Part shown: one piece after another, positions 13,608 to 26,989 of the stretch
Numbering within the stretch: the first letter of the stretch is position 1
How the letters are laid out: each line of letters opens with the position of its first letter
NCBI RefSeq assembly: GCF_009914755.1
Contig: NC_060932.1
From: the human T2T-CHM13v2.0 reference genome, Homo sapiens
Reading direction: 5' to 3' (one strand)
Length of the DNA stretch: 64,000 nt
Notes under the pieces: model-generated
The model's input: the letters and a program-made list of their open reading frames with translations, nothing else
Told to the model about the DNA's origin: nothing
Database searches by the model: none
Position numbers and translations under genes: made by a program

Positions 13608-16600
13608 GGAGGAGGCAGAGAAAGACGGCCTAACGGAAGCCTCTAGTGGTCGTACCCCCACAGAACATGAAATGGAAAAACTATCTACTCAACAAAGTAA
13701 CTTCATAATAACCAAAAATCAGGTGAGTGATCACAGTACTTGGTTTTAATATCATAGTAAGGAGAGATACTGAAAGGAGAATCACCTACACCACTCTTTG
13801 CACATCCCCTTGCAGTGGTCTCATAGCATGGAGAGAGAATCTGTCTGCTTGGGGGAAGGAGAAAAAAGTGATTATAGAACTTTCCATTGGAACTCAGTGC
13901 TGCTTTGTCACAGTGGAAAGCAACACAAGGCAGAACTCAGACGGTGCCCATGGAGTGGGAGCATTTAGACCAGCACTAGCTAGTGGCAAATTGTCCATCC
14001 TAGTGGTTGGAACCTGATGTCTAGAAGTCCTGCTACCATGGGCTAAAGTGCGCTGAGGTTCGAAATAAACTTGAAAGGCAGTCTAGGCCACAAGGACTAC
14101 AATTCCTAGGCAAGTTCTTGTGCTGTGCTGGACTCAGAGCTAATGGCCTTGAGATGCATGTGACCTAGTGAGATACCACCAGCTGAGATGGCCAAGGGAG
14201 TGCTTGTGTTACATCTCCCCCAATTCCAGGAAGCACAGCTCACAGTTCACAACTCTGGAAGAGACTCCTTCCCTCTTCTTGAGGAAAGGAGAGGAAAGAG
14301 TAAAGAAGCCTTTGTCTTGCAACTTGGATACCAAATTAGCCACAGTAAAATAGGGCATGAGGCAAAGTTCTGAGGTCTCCAATTCAGGCCATAGCTCCAG
14401 GACTTTTCTAAACACACCCTGAGCCAAAAATGAACCCCTTATCTTGAAGAGAAGGAACCAGTCCTGGCAAAAGTCATTACCTGCTGACTAAAGATCCCTT
14501 GAGACCTGAATAGTCAGCAGTGGGAGCCAGGCAGTACTTACCACAGGCCTTGATCGAGAGTCAGAGCCATGCTGAATTCAGGCATGACCAAGCAGATTCC
14601 CACTTGTGGTGGCTATAGGGGGAGACCCCGTCTTCTTGAGGAAAGGAGAGAGATGAATAAAGGTGGCTTTGTCTTGCAGTTTGGGTACTAGCTTGTCCAC
14701 AGTGGAGTAGAGCACCAACTGGGCTCCTGGGATTTCCGATTCCAGGCCTTGGCTCCTGGATGACATTTGTGAACTTGCCCTGGGCCAAAGGAGAGTCCAA
14801 TGTCCTGAAGGGAGAGACTCAGGCCTGGCAGCATTCAACACAAGCTGACTGAAGAGCTCTTGGGCCTTGAGTAGACATCAGCCATAGCCAGGCTGAATTT
14901 GCCACAGGCCTGGGGCAGTGGTGGCCACATGGAGAAACTCCTATGCTTGAGGAAGGAGGTGGGAAGAGTGGGAAGGACTTTGTCTTGTGTCTTGGGTGCT
15001 AGCTCAACCGCAGTAGAATAGAGCACCAGGTAGATTCCTAAAGTTCTCAACTCAAAGCCCTAGCCCTGGCCAGCATCACTGGACCTGCCCAGGGCCAGAA
15101 AGCACTAGTCCCTATGAAGGGAAGGATACAAGCCTGGTTGGACTTACCACCTGGTAATTATAGGGACCCTCGGCCTTAAGTGATCATAGGTAATTGCCAG
15201 GCAGTGGTCACTGTGGGCCCTGGGTATTATTATCCCACTGTTGTGCTGACTTTGAGTCTGGCCCAGCAAAGTCCCAATGGTGACAGCAACAGTGGTATTT
15301 GTGTCACCACTTTTTCACCTCCAGGCAGCTCAGCCCAGAGAGGGAGACTCCAATTGTTTCCGAGAAAGTAAGAAAAGATAACAAGATTTTCTGCCTGGTA
15401 ATCCAAGGAATTCTCCAATATCTTACCTAACACCACCAAGGTGATACTTCCACAAGTCTACAAGAGCCACGGTGTTACTGACCTTGAGGTACCCCCAAAT
15501 GTAAATGTGGCTGCAAGTGACCAAAGATTGGATCACTACACCCAAGTTCCTTCAAATATCTGGAAGACTTTCTGAAGAAGGATGAGTACAAACAAACCCA
15601 GACTGTGAAGACTACAATAAATACCTAACTCTTCAATGCCTAGACACCGATGAACATCCACAAGCATCAGGAACGTCCAGGAAAAGACGATCTCACCAAA
15701 CAATCTAAATAAGCCACCAGTGACCAATCCCAAAGAACAGAGATATGTGAACCTTGAGACAGGAAATTCAAACTAACTTGAGAAAGCTCAACAAAGTTCA
15801 AGAGAGCACAGAGAAGGAATTCAGAACACTATCAGATAAATTTAACAACAATATTAAAATAACTAAAAAGAATTAAGCACAAAGGTTGGTTTTTTGAAAA
15901 GATAAACAAAATTGACAAACTTTTTCTTAGCCAGAGTAAGAAAAGAAGGGAGAAAATCCTAATAAATAAAATCAGATATGAAAAAGGAAACATTACAACC
16001 AATACCACAAAAATTCAGAGGATCGTTAAAGGCTACTATTAGCAACTATATGCCAAAAAATTCAAAATCCTAGAAGAAATGAATACATTCTTAGACACAT
16101 ACAACCTACCAGGATTGAACCATGAAGAAATCCAAAACCTGAACAGACCAATAACAAGTGAGATGATCGAAGCCATAATAAAAAGTCTCCAGGTGAAGAA
16201 AAGCCTGGCACCTGATCGCTTCACTGCTGAATTTTACCAAACATTTAAAGGAAAATTAATACCAGTCCTACTCAAACTATTTAGAAAAATAAAGGAAAAA
16301 GGAGTACTTCCAAACTCATTCTGCGAGGCGAGTATTACTCTGATACCAAAACAAGACAGAGACACATCAAAAAAAGAAAACTATAGACCAATATCCCTGA
16401 TGGACATGGATGCAAAAGTCCTTAATACTTTCAAGCTAAATTTAACAACACATCAAAAATTATTTATCATGACCAAGTGGGATTTATCTCAGGGCCACAA
16501 GAATGGTTCAACATATGCAAATCAATGAGATACATTATATCAACAGAAAGAAGGACAAAAACCATATGATCATATCAATTGATGTTGAAAGAGCATTTGA

Positions 16601-18743
16601 TAAAATTTAACATCCCCTCATGAAGAAAACCCTCAAAAAACTGCTTATAGAAGGAACATACTTCAGCATAATAAAAGCTATGTATGACAGATCCACAGCT
16701 AGGGAAATGGGGAAAATCTGAAAACCTTTTCTTCAAGATCTAGAACAAGACAAGCACATCCACTTTCACTACACTTATTCAACATTGTATAGGAAATCCT
16801 AACTAGGGCAATCAGAAAAGAGAAAGAAAGAAAGAGCAACCAAATTGGAAAGGTAGAAGTCAAATTATCCTCGTTCACAGATGATACAATCTAATATTTG
16901 GAAAAACTTAAAGACTCCACCAAAAAACTATTCTAATTGGTAAATGAATTTTGTAAAGGATATAAAATAAACACACAAAAATCAGTCACTTTTCTATATG
17001 GCAACAGTAAACAATTTTTAAAAAAATCAAGAAAGTAACTTAATTTTGTGATAACTATAAATAAAATAAAATACCTAGGAATTAACCAAAGAAGTGAAAT
17101 AACTATAATGAAACTGATAAAAATCTGATGAAAGAAACTGAAGAAGACACAACAAAAAGGAAAAAAAATTTCATGTAATTTTTGAAAAAAATAGAAAAGA
17201 TAACCCTAAAATTTATATGAAACCTAAAAAGAGCCTGAATAGCTAAAACAAACCAAAACAAAAAGAATAAAGCTGAAGTATTACCATACTTGACTTCAAA
17301 ATATTTTACAAGGCTATAGTGACCAAAACAGTATGGTATTGGCATAAACAAACATATACACCAATGGGAAAGAATAGAAAACCTCAAAATAAATTCACAC
17401 ACCTTCAGTGAGCTCATTTTTGAAAGAGTTGCCAAGAACATATGTTGAGGAAAAGGCAATCTCTTCAATAAATGGTGCAGCAAAAGCTGGATATCCGTAT
17501 GCAAAAGATTAAAACTTGACCCGTATCTCTCACTATATACAAAAATTAAATCAAAATAAACTAAAGACTTTAATTTAAGACCTCAAACTATGAAACTACT
17601 AAAAGACAACATTGGGGAACCTTTCCAGGATATTGGACTGGGCAAAGATTTCTTGAGTAATACCCCACAAACACAGTCAACTAAAGTAAAAATGGACAAA
17701 TGGGATCACATCAAGTTAAAAAGCCTCTGCACAGGATTAATAATCAGAATATTTAAGGAACTCAAAGAACTCAATAGCAAAAAGAAAAAAAAACACATTT
17801 AAAATGGCAAAAGTCCTAAATAGACATTTAAAAAAACATACCTATGGATAAAAGTAAATAAAAATATGCTCAACTTCAGTAATCGTCAAGGAAATAAAAA
17901 TCAAAACCACAATGAAATTCATCTCACCTCAGTTAAAATGGCTACAATAGAAAGTACAAAAAATAACTAATGCTGGTAAGGATACAAAGAAAAGAAAATA
18001 TTCGTACATTGTTCATGGGAATCTAAACTAGTATAGCCCCTATGAAAAACAGTATGGGGGCTCCTTAAAATACAAACAATAGAACTACCATAAGTTCCAG
18101 GTATTGTACTGCTGGGTACACAGCCAAAAATAGAATATCAGTGTATCGAAGAGATATCTGCACTCCTGTGTTTATTGTAGCGTTATTCACAATAGCCAAA
18201 ATATGCAATCAAATTAAGTGTCCAACAACAAATGAATATATAAAGAACATATGGTAATATATACACAATGGTACAGTATTCAGTTATAAAAAAATACTGT
18301 CATTTTCAGCAATGTGAGTGGAACTGGAGGTCATTACGTTAAGTAAAATAATCCTGGCACAAAAAGACAATGTTCTTACTCATATGTGAGAGCGAAAACA
18401 GTTGCTCTCATGAAGACACAAAGCTGACCACAAAAGGCTCGGAAGGTAAAGGGGAGGAAGAGGTAAAGAAAAGTTAGTTAGTGGGCGCAAAAATAAAGCA
18501 GAATAAAAATACAGTATGTTGTAGTGTTCACCAGTACAAGTGGCTATAGTTTATAATTTATTGTACAGTTCAAAATAGCTACTAGACAAATATTGGAATG
18601 TTCCCAATACAAATAAAACATAAATGATTGAGATGATGGATATCCCAATTACCCTGATTTGATCATTGTACATTTTATACAGGTATCAAAACATCATGTT
18701 TACCTCAAAATGTTTACAATTATTATGTATCAATAAAAAAGAA
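13608..18743 (+). mobile_element. L1 (L1PB/L1MA-era): monomer-containing 5'UTR, ORF1 start, jump to mid-ORF2, L1MA 3' end
   Basis: Starts GGAGGAGGCAGAGAAAGACGGCC. Repeated ~310-360 bp UTR units at 14281, 14638 and 14949. ORF1-to-ORF2 jump at ~15880. RT fragment ORF 16079-16528. PolyA at ~18733. Confidence 0.88.
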
Positions 18744-18752
18744 AATACCTAC

Positions 18753-19600
18753 AAATGACTAAAAAATAAAGATAGCAGACTACTTCAAAAAGAGTTAAGA
18801 AACAATAAGAAAATTATATATCATTTGAAAGAAGAGAGAAAACATGAACCAGAATTAGAAAAACTCAGAATTTAGGTAAGAAGACTTTTAAAAGCATTGA
18901 AAATGAATGAAAAAAATTATTTCTTAAATTAAGACTAAACTAGAAGAAACACAAAGAAAATATTACAATATATAATGTCATAAGTGAACCGGGCAACAAA
19001 GATGAAAGTTTTAGAAATCAGGGAAAAAAGGAGACACTAAAGGGTTAGTGGGAAAGTGGTAAATATTGAAGATAAGCCAAAAAAGGAAATGTAACCTGTG
19101 GCTAGTGGGAGCGAATGAAAGAAAAAATCAAGGAAATTGAATAAATATTAAAAGTTATAATTGAAGTAAACTTTTCAGAAATTAAAAAAAAAAAGAAGTA
19201 CATAGGAAAAGAGTTTGGCATTTACCTGACAATATTGAGTCAGCATGAAGCCTACCAAGGCAGATTCCTGTAAAATTATTGGGTTTTAAAGGAAAAAACA
19301 AATGGGTAATTAAGCAGAAGGAACAATTAGTGTTAGAAAATTATATTATCAGTTTGTTCAACAGCAATATTGCCAGAAGAAAATGGAGTAAAATATTTAG
19401 GATACCTAATGACAGAAAATATAAACCAAGGATTTAAAGAAAATCTTCAAATTTTCAATTTTCAGTACAGAAAAATTGAACTGTTACCTACACGCAGAAA
19501 CTCGGATAATATTGCCGCTATGATTTCTTTCTAAAGAATCAACTAGAGATAAAGCTTCAGAAACCAAAAATGACTAAACAGACATTAATGAGCATTAAAT
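18753..19600 (+). mobile_element. Very old L1 ORF1-like/HAL1-like remnant
   Basis: A-rich sequence with degenerate ORF1 motifs (GCCAGAAGAAAATGGAG; TATAATTGAAGTAAACTTTTCAGAAAT). Likely continuous with the fragments at 10680-11440 and 12120-12250. Confidence 0.5.
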
Positions 19601-19607
19601 ATTTAGT

Positions 19608-20190
19608 TGTGATGGGGTTCAAGATACCACCCCCAATTATGACTGTATTATGCCAGAATATGCCACTGTAAAATGTAAAATATACTTCTTTGGCTCAAAG
19701 ATTATTCTGAGCTGGCTTAGAGAAACTACAAATGCAAGAGATGCTTTGAAAAGTTACCTTTTGTAAGAAAAATTAACATCTATAAAGAAAATATTTGTAA
19801 GGATGTCTTGCCTTCTGCACTAGAAAGAGAAGAATGACTTGAAATAATTAGAGGTTCTTAATCAATGGAGAAGGTATCAACTAAAATATGCATTAACAAC
19901 CCTGATTTTTATAAAACGTTTTTCCTGGCCATCTCATCTTAACTGAGTCTGCCCTCATACTCTTCGTTCTTTGTTTCAGAGAAAAACAGTATTTCAACCT
20001 GAAGTCAAAGCCACTTATTTGAGATCTACTCTAAAGACTTACTCATTTCTCTGAGTTATCACCTAAGAGTACAGTAGGTTTACATATTAATAAACTCCTG
20101 TTTGTTTTTCTCTTGTTAACCTGTCTTTTGTTACAGGGAATCTCAGCTAAGAACTAACAAAGAGTAAAAATTATTTTTTCTCCCTTAAAA
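19608..20190 (+). mobile_element. Solo LTR, MER34-like
   Basis: Starts TGTGATGGGGTTCAAG...CAGAATATGCCAC, has GATTATTCTGAGCTG and AATAAAC, and ends ...TTTTTCTCCCTTAAA. Confidence 0.72.
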
Positions 20191-20402
20191 TAGCTCATTG
20201 TAGACTTAAGGATAAATGAGGGTTTTAGAAAAGAGTGTATAGTGTATAATGGCTCTATGATATCAAAAAGAATACATAATACAAACATAAAATGGAGAAG
20301 AGACTAGCAAATGTTTTCAGGACCACTTTCAGGCAGCATATTACTATTGTTATTCTATGAGTGTTGTGGTTTAAAGTGGGATAAACTATGAATAATTATT
20401 AT

Positions 20403-20970
20403 TGTTAAAAGAAAATCCTTAGCCAAATTAAATTTAACAGAGCTTAATTGAGCAAAGAATGATTTGTGAATCAGGCAGCCTCTTAAGCCACAGTAAGCTG
20501 AGAGAGACTCCAGTGCAACCATATAGTGGAAGATTTATAGACAGAAAAAGAAAGTGACTTACCAAAAACAGAAGTGAGGTACAGAAATGGCCAGATTGGT
20601 TTCAGCTCAGTGTTTGCCTTATTTGAACACAGTTGGAAAAATTGGCCCCTTTTGGCCAAAACTTGGAGATTGACACAAGAGTTGTTTATCTCTTTACACC
20701 ACCCTTTAAGTTATAGTTCACTACATATAGAGAAACTTTAGGCTGAACTTAAAATATGTAAGGAGGCAGCTTTAGGATAAATTTGATTTAACAATTTCCC
20801 CCTTTTGGTTTTCCTCTCAATTTTCAGACTGACCAAAACTTTAGTCATTTATATCACTGTCACCATCTTACATGTACTTATTTGGTCTCAAAACCCACTG
20901 GGAAGTAGTAGCAGAACAGTGGGTTGTGTAAGGTGGGAACAGACTTATTTTTTTATAAGGGGAAGCTTAA
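20403..20970 (-). mobile_element. MER57-like 3' LTR (20403-20793) with polypurine tract and short internal remnant
   Basis: The reverse complement begins TGTTAAATCAAATTTATCCTAAAGCTGCCTCCTTACATATTTTAAGTTCAGCCTAAAG. Adjacent ATTTCCCCCTTTT reads as a PPT on the minus strand. Confidence 0.8.
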
Positions 20971-21077
20971 GAACTAAAATTATTGGTGTAGAAGAAAAAG
21001 GGATAAATCATGTAATAGAGAATTTTAAGTGAAAACTCTGAACTCTTGGATGAAACTTTGCAGGTCAAATGTCCTGG

Positions 21078-21508
21078 TGAGGCAGGAAAATCGGTTCTGG
21101 AGGCAGGGAACATAAGGCCAATTCACACTTCAGCTATAACAGGAAATATCCTCTCCACAGGGCATACACCATAAATGACTTTGTAACTTTACTTCATCCT
21201 CTCCATTTGCATAGGGCATACCCAAAGTAGCGAATGGAATCCTCTAGGGGGTATTTACACTCCCAAAGATTCTGGAATGGGCCTTTGAGCCACTATGCTC
21301 AGGCCTACTCCCACACTGTAGAGTGTATTTTTATTTTCAATAAATCCCTTCATTCCTTTCTTGTTTTGTTTGTATGTTTTGTCCAATTCTTTGTTCAAGA
21401 CACTAAGAACCTAGACACCCTCCACCATTAGCATATTTTGGTGATCCAGCCAGGAGGAAGAGGTAAGCTCAAAGTTTGGATTTCGTTGTTCTCCCTTTCC
21501 TTTCCCTT
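21078..21508 (+). mobile_element. MER61-like 5' LTR (21078-21433) with tRNA-Arg PBS and truncated leader
   Basis: Starts TGAGGCAGGAAAAT...GGAGGCAGGGAACATAAGGCCAATTCACACTTCAGC. PBS TGGTGATCCAGCCAGGAG at 21439-21456 is 16/18 to the recalled tRNA-Arg(ACG) end. Confidence 0.82.
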
Positions 21509-21529
21509 TAACAGAGCTTTAACAACCTT

Positions 21530-21685
21530 GATAGTATCAAGGTTGAAAATGTGATCTTATGTTACTTTTCTTAGGAAAAAAAAATGGGAAAGGAAAGTTT
21601 CTGGAGAAAACTTTAAGGAAACCATGGAAATAAGCACTGGCCTATGTCTCCTGGGTCTACAATCAATCAAGTCTGGCTTAACAAG
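21530..21685 (+). repeat. Copy 1 of a ~160 bp dispersed direct repeat
   Basis: Aligns to 23001-23161, including the exact block AACCATGGAAATAAGCACTGGCCTATGTCTC. Confidence 0.92.
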
Positions 21686-23000
21686 ATTGGTTGTGAGAGA
21701 TTCTGAAAACCTAATATTTGGAATATTTCAAGAATATGTTTATTTTAAAAAAAGAAATTGAAGGGACTCTTGGTAACTGTATTCAAAAGTTTCCACAGTT
21801 AAGTAAAAAACACACCTATCCTTTGTTTTGTTTGTTTTTACAATAGGTAGAAATATGCAGAGAGGTCAAATTTGTTGGAAGGTAAATTTCAACTCATTTC
21901 TAACAGAACTGTAGGTTTAAAGGGAAGAAAGAAAAGATGACTATCTGTTTTTATGAAGGAACAAGGAAGCTACTCAGTCATTCTTTATTAAACATCTAGT
22001 CATTCACTGTATACTCTGTGTTAGGCATTACCTTAGGTGTGATCAACTCAGTAGTAGCAAAGTCACCACTAGACTACCTTCACCTATAAATACTGGAGTT
22101 ACTCAGGTGTTCTAATCTAGAATTAAAGGTACACAAGAAGCCCACTCAGATTTTCACTGAAATTATCTATGTGTGTGTGTGTGTATGTATGTGCATGTAA
22201 CCACAAATATATTTTATGGGTGGGGAAGAAAAGCCATCCCTCTTATTAGATTCCTATAAGCCATCAATAGTTTAGGTTGCTTTTTCTAAGCTCTTCTAAT
22301 TTTAACATTCTAAGTTTAATATTATGAAATATCATAGCCAATATTCTACTACCCTCCCCCTTCAACTTTCTAAAATTAGCCTAAGATACTAGCTAATATT
22401 TAAATTTTTATTTAATCCTAAAGGACAGAAGGCACTCATTTGAATTATGAAAATATAATTGACTGGCATGGTAAATTAACCAGTCATAGCTTTAAAAGAA
22501 CTGAAAGAGATGTTTTCTTGTATTTTCATGTACATGAAATATTAAAATTAGACAAGCCTTCAAGGTAATGCTGAGCAGTGGGTTATTACCCATCTTCTAT
22601 ATTTGAATTAATAAACATATAAGTTTAAACGCGTAAGGGCATATATGTGTTCGTGCATAAGTATATAAAAACGTATCTTGGAATATAAAAATTTTAGCCT
22701 AAAAATAAAAAAGAGAAAATCTGCAATTCAAACAAGACCATACTATGTCTAGAAAATCAAAATTTGTAGGGTTATCTCCCTGGAAAGCAAGGGTAAAAAA
22801 GGAAAGATAATTGCATTGCAATTCAAGTTCCAAAGCACAAAACTCTATCTAGAAAATCACAGCCATCATGTGCATGAATAAAAATTTGCTATTGCTGAGA
22901 GACTGTGATTAAAAAAAAATAAAGTAATATCAGGGAGAATATTGAAGCTGACAGTCCAAATACAGAAAAAAAGTTAACTGATTCTTCTAACCTCTTAGGA

Positions 23001-23161
23001 GATAGCATCAAGGTTGAAAATGTGTTCCTTTGGTTACATTTCCTAGAAAAAATATGGGAAAAGGAAAGATTCTGGGGGAGTATAACTTTGAGGGAACCAT
23101 GGAAATAAGCACTGGCCTATGTCTCTTGGGTCTAAAACCAATCAAGTCTGGCTTAATAAGA
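23001..23161 (+). repeat. Copy 2 of a ~160 bp dispersed direct repeat
   Basis: Aligns to 21530-21685. Confidence 0.92.
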
Positions 23162-23669
23162 AACAGCCTTTAGAAAAATGCAATATTCTCTCAACTTCTT
23201 TTTTTTGCCATCAGAGATCTGTATTTTTGCTTTGAACAAATGTTTTTGTTATTTTAATCTAATAAGAGGAGTTGTAGAAGAATGAGGGTGTCTAGAAAGG
23301 AAAGGGCATGATCCTGATAAATATGTCCACATTAGACCATCAACACCCAATTTGCTAAAATTTAAGCTACTGGAGAGAGCAAGGGAAGAGAACCCTGAAG
23401 ACAGCAATTCATGAGCTTGCAAAGTATATTTATGAGAAAACAAAGGGTTTAAAGAAGTCTCCTAATGCTCCTTCCCTAGGCATATATTGAATCCATATCA
23501 AACCAGGCCATGGGCAAGATCGAATGTAAGCATTTGTCAATACATAGGTCAAAGATTTTACAGGTCAACAAAGATTGTATGAAAAAGGAAATGTTGACAT
23601 ACTAGAATGCCACTTCCATCTTTTGTATAGACTAAGATAAACAGCACAGGATATGGTGGTGGTTGAATC

Positions 23670-23755
23670 AATCTATATTATGCTAACTTGCTGTGTGACC
23701 CAGGACAAGCTGCTTAACTTTGAGTCTCTGTTCCTTCTTCTGCAACATAAGGATA
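23670..23755 (+). mobile_element. MIR fragment
   Basis: GCTGTGTGACCCAGGACAAGCTGCTTAACTT...GAGTCTCTGTTCCTTCTTCTGCAA matches the MIR core. Confidence 0.65.
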
Positions 23756-25404
23756 TGTGGACTATATACTCGATCTGTATTTCATGAAATGTTTTCCCAG
23801 ATGATCTTTACAGTTTATAAGAATTGACCAGGTGTGTGAGGACAGCAGAGCAGAATACATGTAAAAATGCACAACGTATGTGTCCTATTTCAGATTTAAC
23901 AGCAGGATCTTTGAGTGAGGATTGGAATGAAGACTGAGGATCTACATTTTAACAAATCCCTCAGATTATTCTTATAGACATCAAAGCATGAGGACCACTA
24001 ACATAGTAATGAAGCCTTCCACCTCCCTCACACACACTTTTGCAGAGATAATTCTCATTTTGAATCCTTTCAGAGTGGCCCATCCTTTTCAAAATAAAGG
24101 CAGAGGCCATTTGAAGAAACAATGATGGTTTGAATGAATTTTCCCTACCTCCTAACTTCCATTTTCACAGTTCCACAGGCTCAGTTCTTTTGATTGTATT
24201 ATGTTCTCTTTAATATTATATGTTATTATACAATGTCCATCAGAGACAGAATATATTTAATTTAGGGCTATTGAACATTTTAGCAATAAGTGAATGTCCA
24301 ACAGAAACCAAGTTGATCTTGAAGATGTGAACTGCTTAATTAAAAATTTTAATGACACGGGAAATTTAATCTCAGTGGGGACCTTTATCATCCTGCTAAC
24401 TCTTCAGTCAGTTCAAATTCTGGTAAAGTATGGAAACACATTTGTATATACTCCTTGAATATCTTTTCACTGATAGAGATTTCTTTTTTTTTTCCTGGAG
24501 ATTCCTACTTTTCTGTTTTCAATCACTGTTGCACCAATAATCATTTGCTGCTGCGTTTTATTAGTCAACCTAGTTTTTATTTTATACTTTACAAAAGTCA
24601 TTAAATTTTGGTTCATATATTCAAAGTTGTTTTAAATGTCTTTATACTGCTCAATATCTATAGTAAGTGCCTATAAATATATGTCTCTTTCTTTCTGTCC
24701 TTAAAAATCACATGCTAATTTGACTCTTTCTAATTATCCATTGGATTATTGCAATAATTTCATACTTAATCCTTCCAGTCTCATTTCTTTATGTTGTAGA
24801 ACAGACAAATTTTGCTAAAGTGTATCTTTTTTCAAATCCCTTCAATGACACTGCCAGTCAAATTATGTCTAAACTGCTCTTCTGGAGTGTAAAACTGTGA
24901 TTATGTCCAAACATACTCCCCTAGTTATTTTTAAGAAGTTCTAGAAAGCAAGGTGTGGACTCTGTGGCTAACCAAGGAAATGGTCTACAGGAAAGATAGT
25001 TAAGCTTTGGTTTAATGAGTGGTTGACCTTTGGGCAAGTTAGTGTGGCCTACAGGAAGGGACTGCAATCTAGACATTTACCTCTCTTTCCTATCATCTTG
25101 TTACCCAGCTTGTGTCAATGGAAAAGTTTCTCAATCACGTGGTGCCTAAATGTAGGTAAATATGCCAGATCCTAATCTTCTCAAATGGACTATTAATAAG
25201 ATTTTTAAAAAACACTGTCATTTAAAATGTACTCTGTAGCAATAAGATGTTGAATTTAGCAGTTTTTAGAGCCTTAAAATAGAACACCTTAAAACTACTA
25301 AAGCCAAAACCAATTGCTGATATTAATCTCAATGATTTGTCAGGTTACCAGAGGCTCAAGAATTGCTATATTTTCCTTGTCTCTGTGTGTGATTTTGGAT
25401 ATCT

Positions 25405-26985
<1,581 letters not shown>

Positions 26986-26989
26986 AATA

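Noticed and set aside
14281-15300. ~310-360 bp repeated units as a novel array
   Set aside because: They are explained by monomer repeats in an old L1 5'UTR and have no repeat-spacer structure.
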